A DNA stretch of 64,000 nucleotides, taken from contig OZ296649.1 in the NCBI GenBank assembly GCA_965655095.1, positions 42,284,001-42,348,000 of the forward strand. The letters run 5' to 3'. The position numbers were made by a program, and so were the translations under genes. Positions 1 to 12,600 of this stretch are shown piece by piece. The DNA comes from Haplodiscus bocki (lineage: Eukaryota). How positions within the stretch are numbered: position 1 is the stretch's first letter; each line of letters begins with the position of its first letter. The notes under the pieces are model-generated. The model saw nothing but the letters and a program-made list of their open reading frames with translations, searched no databases and was not told the DNA's origin.

Positions 1-3000
1 AAAATTTTTCTTCTTTAAAACATCTTTCCCACAAAGGTCCTTGGTTTTGCGACGAATCATTTGTGACAGGTTTGTTGAAGCAACCACTTTTTGTCGAGGA
101 AACGCATTTTCTTTCTGAAAAGCATCATCATCATAATTTGAGGGCAGAAACGCTTGCCGTGGTAGCCGCCTGTATTGTTTCCAGTTTTGAGTTTCCATTG
201 ATTGATTTTCTCTGTTTTCGGCTGTTCTGTTCAGAGCAACAACGCTTTTGTCGTCTGAGAATTTAAACATCTCCAGTTGTTCTGGGACTATGGGTGAGTA
301 GTTTTAATTTGGGAGAGAAATTTTCCTTAGGTTGATCTCTGAGGAACGCCTCACGTTACCGTCATCCAATCTGACTTTTCATGATCAGTAGCATCAAATG
401 CTTTCCGCGAATCAAGGAGATGTTCCTGCCATTTTTGGTTCTTTGTTTGTATCATCGTGCCGTGAGTTTGACAACAGCATTAAGAATGCGGTGTTGTTTT
501 TCAAATAAGCAATTTTTTGGATTTGAGAAAGATCAAATCTTCGGAAATGTAAGTAAAACCAGTTTTGCATAACTCTTTGAAAGCAAATGTTCCAAAGTGT
601 GCAGGTGTTGTTTGGCCGGTCTTTTTCTTCTTTTACTGTATAGCCCTTTCTGGACCGGAAGTACTTCACTTTTTGCAACAGGTCTGAAAGAAAATCCACG
701 GAAAAGATTGAATAATGGGACCAGTTATTTATTGAAGTCATACTACTCGTCCAGTTGAATGACAATAACGTTATGTAAATCATCATCAGACCGAGATTCG
801 TAGTAAAGGACGTTTAAAAAAATTATCAGATGCTTTCTTGAAGATGGTTCGAAATCTAGAAATCTAATGTGACTCCACTTTGTTTTCCGATTCTTTTCTC
901 GAATGAATCAGAATATGACCGAATTTTTTGTCAATGGTTATCCTTCTATCTCCACAATTCGCGGTGGCACAAATTATTGAAAAACCTATCTAAAAGAGGT
1001 TGTTGTACAGAAATTCAAGCACAAGAACCTGTTGTCGTATCAACCAATTTACTTAATTGCGGGCGTCTATATAAAATAGAAGCATAGTCATCGATTCAAC
1101 GGGAACGATTTTCTACCTTTAAGTTCGCTAATCAAAAATTTCCGGATGCTTCCTGACTTTAGAATCTCTTCATCCCTAAAAGATGGCAAAGCTGTCGTGT
1201 GACAGGCGGCTAAATTAGATAGATTTCTCAAAAAAGTGCGAAACCGGAGTTTGCGGTAAAATAGGGTGTTTTTCTTCAGAGAAGGTTGGGTGGCAAATTT
1301 GCTGTGGATTGTCTATCGAATATTGTAGACCGAGAATGTTTTCCATCTGATTTCTGAGTTTTTGAGCAAGAAGATCACTACTTGGAGAGTTGGTGGAATT
1401 AGAAAAATTTAGGAAGAAAGCTAAATTTTCGAAAAAAAAAAACGATTTAAACCAAAAAGGTTTTTTTTCTTTGAAACAACTTCTTTTCCCACATACTTCA
1501 GTGTTCATGCGAAGAGTCATTTGTGGAAGGTTTGTTGAAGCACCTGTGTTCTGTCGAGGAAACGTCTTTTTTTCTGAAAATCACCATCAACTAAGTTTGA
1601 AGGCTGAAAAATTTCCCGTTGTAGCCGGTTGTCTTGTTTAAGTTTACAACCAGTTTTCTGGCAGTGAGCAAGCTTTGAATTTCCGTTGATTGCCTATCTT
1701 TGTTTTCAGTTGTTCCCTTCAGAACAACAACGCTTTTCTCGTCTGAGAACATAAAAAACTCAAGGTGTTCTGGGACCTTGGGTAGGTAGTTTTCATTTTG
1801 GGAGAGAACTTTCCCTTAGGTTGATGTCTGAGGAGCGCCTCACGTTCCCGTCATCCAATCTGATATTTCATGATCAGTAGCATCAAATGTTTTCCGCGAA
1901 TCAAGGAGATGTTCCTGCCAATTTTGGTTTTTTGTTTGTATCATCGTGCCGTAAGTTTGACAACAGCATTGAGAATGCGGTGTTGTTTTTCAATTAAGCA
2001 ATATTGGGATTTGAGAAAAGTTAAATCTTCGGAAATGTAAGTAAAACCAGTTTTGCATAACTCTTTGAAAGGAAATGTTCCAAAGTGTGCAGGTGTTGTT
2101 TGGCCGGTCTTTTTCTTCTCTTACTGTAGAGCGCTTTCAGAACCGGGAGTACTTCACTTTTTGCAAGAGGTCTGAAAGAAAATCCACGGAAAAGATTGAA
2201 TAATGGGACCAGTTATTTATTGAAGTCATACTACTCGTCCAGTTGAATGACAATAACGTTATGTAAATCATCATCAGACCGAGATTCGTAGTAAAGGACG
2301 TTTAAAAAAATTATCAGATGCTTTCTTGAAGATGGTTCGAAATCTAGAAATCTAATGTGACTCCACTTTGTTTTCCGATTCTTTTCTCGAATGAATCAGA
2401 ATATGACCGAATTTTTTGTCAATGGTTATCCTTCTATCTCCACAATTCGCGGTGGCACAAATTATTGAAAAACCTATCAAATAGAGGTTGTTGTTAAGAA
2501 CTTCAAGCACAAGAACCTATGGTCGTATCAACCAATTTACTTAATTGCGGGCGTATATATAACATAGAGGCATAGTCATCGATTCAACGGGAACGATTTT
2601 CTAACTTTAATTTCGCTAATCAAAAGTTTCCGGATGCTTCCTGACTTTAGAATCTCTTCATCCCTAAAATATGGCAAGTCTGTCGTGTGACAGGCGAGTA
2701 AAATAGTAAGACCTTTTCAAATACGTGCCAAATTTGAGTTTGCGGTAAATAAGTTGTTGTTCTTCAGATAAGGTTGGGTGCCAAATTTGATAACGATTGC
2801 CGATCCAATATTGTTTACCGAGATTGTTTTTCATCTGATTTCTGGATTTTGGGGCAAAAAGATCACTACTTGTAGAGTTGGTGGAATTAGAAAGATTCAG
2901 GAAGAAAGCTCAATTTTCGAAAAGATAAACGATTTAAACCTAAAATTTTTCTTCTTTAAAACATCTTTCCCACAAAAGTCCTTGGTTTTGCGACGAATCA

Positions 3001-3700
3001 TTTGTGACAGGTTTGTTGAAGCAACCACTTTTTGTCGAGGAAACGCATTTTCTTTCTGAAAAGCATCATCATCATAATTTGAGGGCAGAAACGCTTGCCG
3101 TGGTAGCCGCCTGTATTGTTTCCAGTTTTGAGTTTCCATTGATTGATTTTCTCTGTTTTCGGCTGTTCTGTTCAGAGCAACAACGCTTTTGTCGTCTGAG
3201 AACTTAAACACCTCAATTTGTTCTGGGACTAAAAGTGAGTAGTTTTAATTTGGGAGAGAAATTTTCCTTAGGTTGATCTCTGAAGAACGCCTCACGTTAC
3301 CGTCATCCAATCTGACTTTTCATGATCAGTAGCATCAAATGCTTTCCGCGAATCAAGGAGATGTCCCTGCCATTTTTGGTTCTTTGTTTGTATCATCGTG
3401 CCGTGAGTTTGACAACAGCATTAAGAATGCGGTGTTGTTTTTCAAATAAGCAATTTTTTGGATTTGAGAAAGATCAAATCTTCGGAAAGGTAAGTAAAAC
3501 CAGTTTTGCATAACTCTTTGAAAGGAAATTTTCCAAAATGTGCAGGTGTTTATTGGCCGGTCTTTTTCTTCTCTTACTGTATAGCCCTTTCTGGACCGGA
3601 AGTACTTCACTTTTTGCGAGAGGTCTGAAAGAAAATCCACGGAAAAGATTGAATAATGGGACCAGTTAATTATTGAAGTCATACTACTCGTCCGGTTGAA
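1..3700 (+). repeat. Dimer-phase similarity: 1-~720 closely matches ~2942-3665 (offset 2941)
   Basis: Near-identical ORFs at 63/3004 and 381/3322, a shared 29-nt deletion and shared private variants. Confidence 0.85.
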
Positions 3701-3798
3701 AGACAAAAACGTAGTGTAACTCAACATCAGACGGAGTTTTGCGGTAAAGGACTTGTATAAATTTGTCAGATTCTTCCCTGAAGATGGGTGGAATCTAC

Positions 3799-6700
3799 TG
3801 TGATTCCACATTGTTTTCCAAGTCTTCTCTCAACCGAATCAGAATCTGAACAATTTTTTTGACTATATTTATCCCTATATATTCACAATTCGCATTATCA
3901 CTAATTAAGGAAGGGCTTATCAATTAGAGGGTGTTGTATACAACTTGAAGCACTAGAACATACGGACAGTTCAACCAATTTACTTGACTTCGGGCGTAAT
4001 AATAACGTCGAAGCATAGTCATCGGTTCAACGGGAAGGATTTTCTACGTTTACGTCGCTAATCAAAAATGTCAGGACCGTTCCTGACTTTCCAAATTCTT
4101 CATCCACAAAATTTGGCAGGTCTGTTGTTTGACAGGCAACTAAAGTAGTAAGATTTCTCGAATGCGTCCGAAAATTGAGTTTGCGGTAAAATAAGTGTTT
4201 TTCTTCAGATAAGGTTGGGTGGCAAATTTGATGTGGATTTCCTATCGAATATTGTTTCCGGAGATTGTTTTCCATCTGAATTCTGAGTTTTTGAGCAAGA
4301 AGATCACTACTTGGAGGTTGGTGGAATTAGAAAATTTTAGGAAGAAAGCTCAATTTTTGAAAAAAAAACGATTTAAACCAAAAATGTTTTATTTCGTTTT
4401 AACATCTTTTTTTTCCACAAACTTCAGTGTTCATGCGAAGAAACATTTGTGGAAGATTTGTTGAAGCACCTGTGTTCTGTCGAGGAAACGTCTTTTTTTT
4501 CGGAAAATCATCCTCAGCTAAGTTTGAAGGCTGAAAAACTTCCCGTGGTAGCCGGTTGTCTTGTTTAAGTTTACAACCAGTTTTCTGGCAGTGAGCAAGT
4601 TGTGAATTTCCGTTGATTGACTATCTTTGTTTTCAGTTGTTCCCTTCAGAACAACAACGCTTTTCTCGTCTGAGAACATAAAAAAACTCAAGGTGTTCTG
4701 GGACCTTGGGTAAGTAGTTTTCATTTTGGGAGAGAACTTTCCCTTAGGTTGATGTCTGAGGAGCGCCTCACGTTCCCGTCATCCAATCTGATATTTCATG
4801 ATCAGTAGCATCAAATGTTTTCCGCGAATCAAGGAGATGTTCCTGCCATTTTTGGTTTTTTGTTTGTATCATCGTGCCGTAAGTTTGACAACAGCATTAA
4901 GAATGCGGTGTTGTTTTTCAAATAGGCAATTTTTTGGGTTTGAGAAAGATCAGATTTTCGGAAAGGTAAGTAAAACCAGTTTTGCATAACTCTTTGAACG
5001 GAAATGTTCCAAAGTGTGCAGGTGTTGTTTGGCCGGTCTTTTTCTTCTCTTACTGTAGAGCCCTCTTTGAACCGGAAGTACTTCAGTTTTTGCAAGAGGT
5101 CTGGAAAAAAATCCACGGAAAAGGTTGAAAAATAGGGCCACGTAATTGTTGAAGTCATACTACTCGTCCGGTTGAAAGACAAAAACGTAGTGTAACCCAA
5201 CATCAGACGGAGTTTTGCGGTAAAGGACTTGTATAAATTTATCAGACTCTTCCCTGAAGATGGGTGGAATCTAATGTGATTCCTCAGTGTTTTCCAAGTC
5301 TTCTCTCAACCGAATCAGAATCTGAACGTTTTTTTTGACTATATTTATCCCTATAAATTCACAGTTCGCATTAGCACTAATTAAGGAAGGGCTTATCAAT
5401 TAGAGGGTGTTGTAGACAACTTGAAGCACTAGAACATATGGACAGTTCAACCAAATTACTTGACTTCGGGCGTAATAAAAACGTCGAAGCATAGTCATCG
5501 GTTCAACGGGAAGGATTTTCTACGTTTACGTCGCTAATCAAAAATGTCAAGACCGTTCCTGACTTTCCAAATTCTTCATCCACAAAATTTGGCAGGTCTG
5601 TTGTTTGACAGGCGACTAAAGTAGTAAGATTTCTCGAATGCGTGCGAAAATTGAGTTTGCGGTAAATTAGGGTGTTTTTCTTAAGATAAGGTTGGGTGGC
5701 AAAATTGCTGTGGATTGCCTATCAAATATTGTTTCCGGAGGTTGTTTTCCATCTGAGTTTTGAAATTTATCACAAGAAACTTACTATTTGGAGAGTTGGA
5801 GGATTTAGAAAGTTTCAGGAAAAAAGCGCAATTTTCGACGGAAAAAACGATTTAAACCTAAATAAGTTTTCTTCTTCAAAACATCTTTCCCACAAATGTC
5901 CTTGGTTTTGCGACGAATCATTTGTGACAGGTTTGTTGAAGCAACCGCTTTTTGTCGAGGAAACGCATTTTCTTTCTGAAAAGCAACATCATCATAATTT
6001 GAGGGCAGAAACGCTTGCCGTGGTAGCCGCTTGTCTTGTTTCCAGTTTTGAGTTTCCATTGATTGGTTTTCTCTGTTTCCAGCTGTTCTGTTCAGAGCAA
6101 CAACACTTTTGTCGTCTGAGAACATAAACATCTCAGGTTGTTCTGGGACTATGGGTGAGTAGTTTTTTTTAATTTGGGAGAGAAAGTTTCCTTTGGTTGA
6201 TCTCTGAGGAACGCCTCACGTTACCGTCATCCAATTTGATACTTTATGATCAGTAGCATCGAATGCTTTTCGCCAATCAAAGAGAAGTTGTTGACGTTCT
6301 TGGTCATTTGATTGCGTCATCGTGCTGTAAGTTCACTAATAACATCAACAATGCACTGCTGTTTTTCAAATACGCAAAACTTTTGATATGTGAAAGATCA
6401 ATTCGTTTGAAATGTATGTAAAACCAGTTTTGCGAAACCCTCTGAAAGGAAATGTTCCGTTTGGTGTAGGTTATTTTTGGCCGGTATTTGTCTTCCCTTA
6501 CTGTAGAACCCTTTCGGAACCGGAAGTATTTAAATTTTGAGAAGAAGTCTGGAAAAATCCCTAGGAATATTGAATAAGAAGGCCAGCTAAATTTTGAAGT
6601 CTTCTTACTTGTCCTCTTGAATGACAATAACGTTATGTAGCTCAACATCAGACGGAGAATGGTAATGAAGTTATTGTTTTAACGTATCAGATTTTTTTTG

Positions 6701-9646
6701 AAGATGGGTGAAATCTGATGTGATTCCACATTGTTTTCCAAGTCTTCTCTCAACCGAATCAGAATCTGAACGATTTTTTTGACTATATTTATCCCTATAA
6801 ATTCACAGTTCGCAGTAGCACTAATTAAGGAAGGGCTTATCAATTAGAGGGTGTTGTAGACAACTTGAAGCACTAGAACATATGGACAGTTCAACCAATT
6901 TACTTGACTTCGGGCGTAATAATAACGTCGAAGCATAGACATCGGTTCAACGGGAAGGATTTTCTACGTTTACGTCGCTAATCAAAAATGTCAGGACCGT
7001 TCCTGACTTTCCAAATTCTTCATCCACAAAATTTGGCAGGTCTGTTGTTTGACAGGCGACTAAAGTAGTGAGATTTCTCGAATGCGTGCGAAAATTGAGT
7101 TTGCGGTAAAATAAGTGTTTTTCTTCAGATAAGGTTGGGTGGCAAATTTGATGTGGATTTCCTATCGAATATTGTTTCCCGAGATTGTTTTCCATCTGAA
7201 TTCTGAGTTTTTGAGCAAGAAGATCACTACTTGGAGAGTTGGTGGAATTAGAAAATTTTAGGAAGAAAGCTCAATTTTTGAAAAAAAACGATTTAAACCA
7301 AAAAGGTTTTATTTCTTTATAACATCTTTTTTTTCCACAAACTTCAGTGTTCATGCGAAGAAACATTTGTGGAAGGTTTGTTGAAGCACCTGTGTTCTGT
7401 CGAGGAAACGTCTTTTTTTCGGAAAATCATCATCAGCTAAATTTGAAGGCTGAAAAACTTCCCGTGGTAGCCGGTTGTCTTGTTTAAGTTTACAACCAGT
7501 TTTCTGGCAGTGAGCAAGTTTTGAATTTCCGTTGATTGACTATCTTTGTTTTCATTTGTTCCCTTCAGAACAACAACGCTTTTCTCGTCTGAGAACATAA
7601 AAAACTCAAAGTGTTCTGGGACCTTGGGTAAGTAGTTTTCATTTTGGGAGAGAACTTTCCCTTAGGTTGATGTCTGAGGAGCGCCTCACGTTCCCGTCAT
7701 CCAATCTGATATTTCATGATCAGTAGCATCAAATGTTTTCCGCGAATCAAGGAGATGTTCCTGCCGTTTTTGGTTTTTTGTTTGTATCATCGTGCCGTAA
7801 GTTTGACAACAGCATTAAGAATGCGGTGTTGTTTTTCAAATAGGCAATTTTTTGGGTTTGAGAAATATCAGATTTTCGGAAAGGTAAGTAAAACCAGTTT
7901 TGCATAACTCTTTGAACGGAAATGTTCCAAAGTGTGCAGGTGTTGTTTGGCCGGTCTTTTTCTTCTCTTACTGTAGAGCCCTCTTTGAACCGGAAGTACT
8001 TCAGTTTTTGCAAGAGGTCTGGAAAAAAATCCACGGAAAAGGTTGAAAAATAGGGCCACGTAATTATTGAAGTCATACTACTCGTCCGGTCGAAAGACAA
8101 AAACGTAGTGTAACTCAACATCAGACGGAGTTTTGCGGTAAAGGACTTGTATAAATTTATCAGATTCTTCCCTGAAGATGGGTGGAATCTACTGTGATTC
8201 CACATTGTTTTCCAAGTCTTCTCTCAACCGAATCAGAATCTGAACGATTTTTTTGACTATATTTATCCCTATATATTCACAATTCGCATTATCACTAATT
8301 AAGGAAGGGCTCATCAATTAGAGGGTGTTGTAGAGAACTTGAAGCATTAGAACATATGGACAGTTCAACCAATTCACTTGACTTCGGGCGTAATTATAAC
8401 ATCGAATCATAGTCATCGGTTCAACGGGAAGGATTTTCTACGTTTACGTCGCTAATCAAAATTTTCAGGACTGTTCCTGACTTTGCAAAGCCTTCATCTT
8501 TAAAAAATGACAGGTCTGTTGTGTGACAGGTGACTAAAATAGTAAGAAGTCTCAAATACGTGCGAAAATTGAATTTGCGGTAAATTAGGGTGTTTTTCTT
8601 AAGATAAGTTTGGGTGGCAAAATTGCTGTGGATTGCCTATCAAATAATGTTTCCCGAGGTTGTTTTCCATCTGAGTTTTGAAATTTATCGCAAGAAATTT
8701 ACTATTTGGAGAGTTGGAGGATTTAGAAAGTTTCAGGAAAAAAGCGCAATTTTCGACGGAAAAAACGATTTAAACCTAAATAAGTTTTCTTCTTCAAAAC
8801 ATCTTTCCCACAGAAGTCCATGGTTTTGCGACGAATCATTTGTGACAGGTTTGTTGAAGCAACCACTTTTTGTCGAGGAAATGCATTTTCTTTCTGAAAA
8901 GCAACATCATCATAATTTGAGGGCAGAAACGCTTGCCGTGGTAGCCGCTTGTCTTGTTTCCATTTTTGAGTTTCCATTGATTGGTTTTCTCTGTTTCCAG
9001 CTGTTCTGTTCAGAGCAACAACGCTTTTGTTGTCTGAGAACATAAACATCTCAGGTTGTTCTGGGACTATTGGTGAGTAGTTTTTTTAATTTGGGAGAGA
9101 AATTTTCCTTTGGTTGATCTCTGAGGAACGCCTCACGTTACCGTCATCCAATCTGATACTTTATGATCAGTAGCATCGAATGCTTTTCGCCAATCAAAGA
9201 GAAGTTGTTGACGTTCTTGGTCATTTGATTGCGTCATCGTGCTGTAAGTTCACTAATAACATCAACAATGCACTGTTGTTTTTCAAATACGCAAAACTTT
9301 TGATTTGTGAAAGATCAATTCGTTTGAAATGTATGTAAAACCAGTTTTGCGAAACCCTCTGAAAGGAAGTGTTCCGTTTGGTGTAGGTTATTTTTGGCCG
9401 GTATTTGTCTTCCCTTACTGTAGAACCCTTTCGGAACCGGAAGTATTTAAATTTTAGGAAGAAGTCTGGAAAAATCCCTAGGAATATTGAATAAGAAGGC
9501 CAGCTAAATTTTGAAGTCTTCTTACTTGTCCTCTTGAATGACAATAACGTTATGTAGCTCAACATCAGACGGAGAATGGTAATGAAGTTATTGTTTTAAC
9601 GTATCAGATTTTTTTTGAAGATGGGTGAAATCTGATGTGATTCCAG
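3799..9646 (+). repeat. Dimeric higher-order repeat: two closely similar ~2,918-bp copies (3799-6728 and 6719-9646)
   Basis: Matching ORFs at offsets of 2917-2920 (4027/6947, 4798/7716, 5696/8614, 6304/9221). Private variants such as ggagaatggtaatgaagttattg occur at ~6653 and ~9571. Confidence 0.93.
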
Positions 9647-12600
9647 AGTGTTTTCCGATGCCTTTCTCAACCGAAATAGAATGTGACCGAAGTTTTCGTC
9701 AAGTGTTATCCCTCTATCGTCACAGTTCGCACTAGCCTCAATTAACGAATGACTTATCAAATAGAGGGTGTTGTAGAGAAGTTGAAGCACTAGAACAAGT
9801 GGACATTTCAACCGATTTACTTAATTTCGAGCGTATTTATAACATCGAAGCATGGTCATCGGTTCAACAGGAACGATTTTCTACGTTTACGTCGCTACTC
9901 AAATTTGTTCGGACGGTTTTTGACTTTGAAAAGCCTTCATCTTTAATATATGACAGGTCTGTTGTGTGACAGGCGACTAAAATAGTAAGAAGTCTCAAAT
10001 ACGTGCGAAAATTGAGGTTGCGGTAAATTAAGGTGTTTTTCTTCAGATAAGGTTGGGTGGCAAATTTGCTGTGGGTTGCCTATCGAAAAATGTTTCCTGA
10101 GATTGTTTTCCATCTGAATTCTGAAATATATTACAAGAACGTCACTATTTGGAAAGTTGGAGGGTTTAGAAAATTTCAGGAAGAAAGCGCAGTTTTTGAA
10201 AGAAAAAAACGATTGAAATCTAAATGTTTTCTTCTTTAAAACATCTTTCCCACAAACGTCATTGTTCTTGCAACGAACCATTTGCGGAAGGTTTGTTGAG
10301 GAAACTACTTTTTGACGAGGAAACGCTTTTTCTTTCTGAAAAGCATCATCAGCAAAATTTGAGGAGTGAAAAGTTTTCCGTGGTAGAGGGCTGTCTTGTT
10401 TAAGGTCACTGCCAGTTTCCTCGCAGTGAGCCAGTTTGAGTTTCCAATGGTTAATTTTCTTTGTTTTCAGCTGTTCCGTTCAGAACAAAAACGCTTTTGT
10501 CGTCTGAGAACATAAACAACTCAAGGTGATCTGCGACCTTGGGTAAGTAGTCTTTATTTTGGGAGCGAAATTTATCTTAGTTTGATCTCTCAGGAACGCC
10601 TCACGTTGCCGTCATCCAATGCTGATATTTCTTGATCAGTAGCATCAAATGCTTTTCGCCAATCCAGGAGATGTTCGCGACCGTTTTGGTCTTTGGGTTG
10701 CATCATCGTGCCGTAAGTTCAACAAAAACATCAACAGTGCAGTGTTGTTTTTCAATTAAGCAAATCTTTTTGATTTCAGAAAGATCAAATATTTCGAAAT
10801 GTAAGTAAACCTGTTTTGCATAATACTTTGAAAAGAAAAGTTGAAAACAGTGAAGGTTATTTTTGGACTGTATTTTTACTCTCTTACTGTAGAGCCCTTT
10901 CTGAACCGGAAGTACTTCAATTTTTCTAAGAAATGCCGGGAAATGGTTGAATAAAAAGGCCAATAAAATAATGCTGTCTTACTATTCGTCCCCTTGAATA
11001 ACAATAATGTTTTGTAACTCATCATCAGATCGAGATTTGTACTAAAGGACTTGTATTAATTTATCAGATGCTTTCTTGAAGATGGGTGAAGTCTAATGTG
11101 ATTCCACAGTGTTTTCTGAGTCTTCTCTCAACCGAGTCAGATAGTGACTGGAGTCTTCGTCAGTGGTTATCAGTATATCTTCACATTTCGCAGTAGCACT
11201 ATTTAACGAAAGACTTATCAAATAGAGGGTATATAGAACTTGAAGCACTAGAACAAATGGACTTTTCAACCAATTTACTTGATTTCGGGCGTATTTATAA
11301 CATCGAAGCGTAGTCATCGCATCAACGGGAACGATTTTCTACGTTTACGTCGCTAATCAAGAGTGTCAGGACGGTTCCTGACTTTGAAAATTCTTCATCC
11401 CTAAAATCTGGCAGGTCTGTCGTGTGACAGTCGACTAAAATAACAAAAAATCTCAAACACTTGCGAAATTTGAGTTGGCGGTAAATTAGAGTGTTTTTCT
11501 TCAGATAAGGTTGGGTGGCAAATATGATGTGGTTGCCTATCGAGTATTGTTTCCCGACATTGTTTAGCAGCTGAATTTTAATTTTTGTGGCAAGAGGATC
11601 ACTATTTAGAGAGTTGGTGGAACTTGAAAGATTCAGGAAGAAAGCTCAATTTTCGAAAGAATAAACGATATAAACCTTAATGTTTTTACTTCTCAAAACA
11701 TCTTTTATCCCACAAACGTCACTGTTCTTGCGGAGAATCATTTGTGGAAGGTTTGTTGATGAAATTACTTTTGAACGAGGAAGCGCTTTTTCTTTCCGAA
11801 AAGCATCATCAGCAATATTTGAGGGCTGAAAAGGAGGTTCCCGTGGTAGCCGGCTGTCTTGTTTAAGTTCACTACCAATTTCCTCGCAGTGAGCTAGTTT
11901 TGAGTTTCCATTGGTTGATTTTCTTTGTTTTCAGCTGTTCCCTTCAGAGCAGCAACGCTTTTAACGTCTGTGAACATAAAAAACTCAAGGAGTTCTGGGA
12001 CCCTGGTTATGTTCTTTTTATTTTGGGAGAGAAATTTCCTTTAGGTTGATCTCTGAGGAGCGCCTCACGTTACCGCCATCCTATCTGATTTTTCATGATC
12101 AGTAACATCAAATGATATTCGCGAAGGAAGATTTTCCTGGATTTTTTAGTCTTTTGGTTGCATCATCGTGCCGCAAGTTCGACAGTAGCATCAGGAATGC
12201 ATTGTTGTTTTTCAAATAGGCAAATTTTTTGATTTGAGAAAGATCAAGTCTTCCGAAAAGTAAGTAGAAACAGGTTAGCATAAATCTTTCTAAGAAAATG
12301 TTCCAAAGAGTGAAAGAGTTTTTTGGCCGGTATTTTTCTACTCTTACTGTAGAGCCTTCTCTGAACCGGAATTACTTCAATTTTTGGTAGATGTCTTGAA
12401 AAATTCCTGGAAGTGATTGAATAATAAGGCCAGCTAATTATTGAAGTCATACTACTTGTCCTCTTGAATGACAGTAACGTAGTGTAACTCATCATCAGAC
12501 CAAGATTTGTAGTTAAGGACTTGTAAAAATTTATCAGATGCTTTCCTGAAGATCGGTGAATACTAATGTGCTTCCACGTTGTTTTCCGAGTCTTTTATCG

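Noticed and set aside
846-856. Pol III B-box-like ggttcgaaatc (tRNA or SINE)
   Set aside because: Present in only two copies as a derived variant of gggtgaaatc, with no A-box or cloverleaf.
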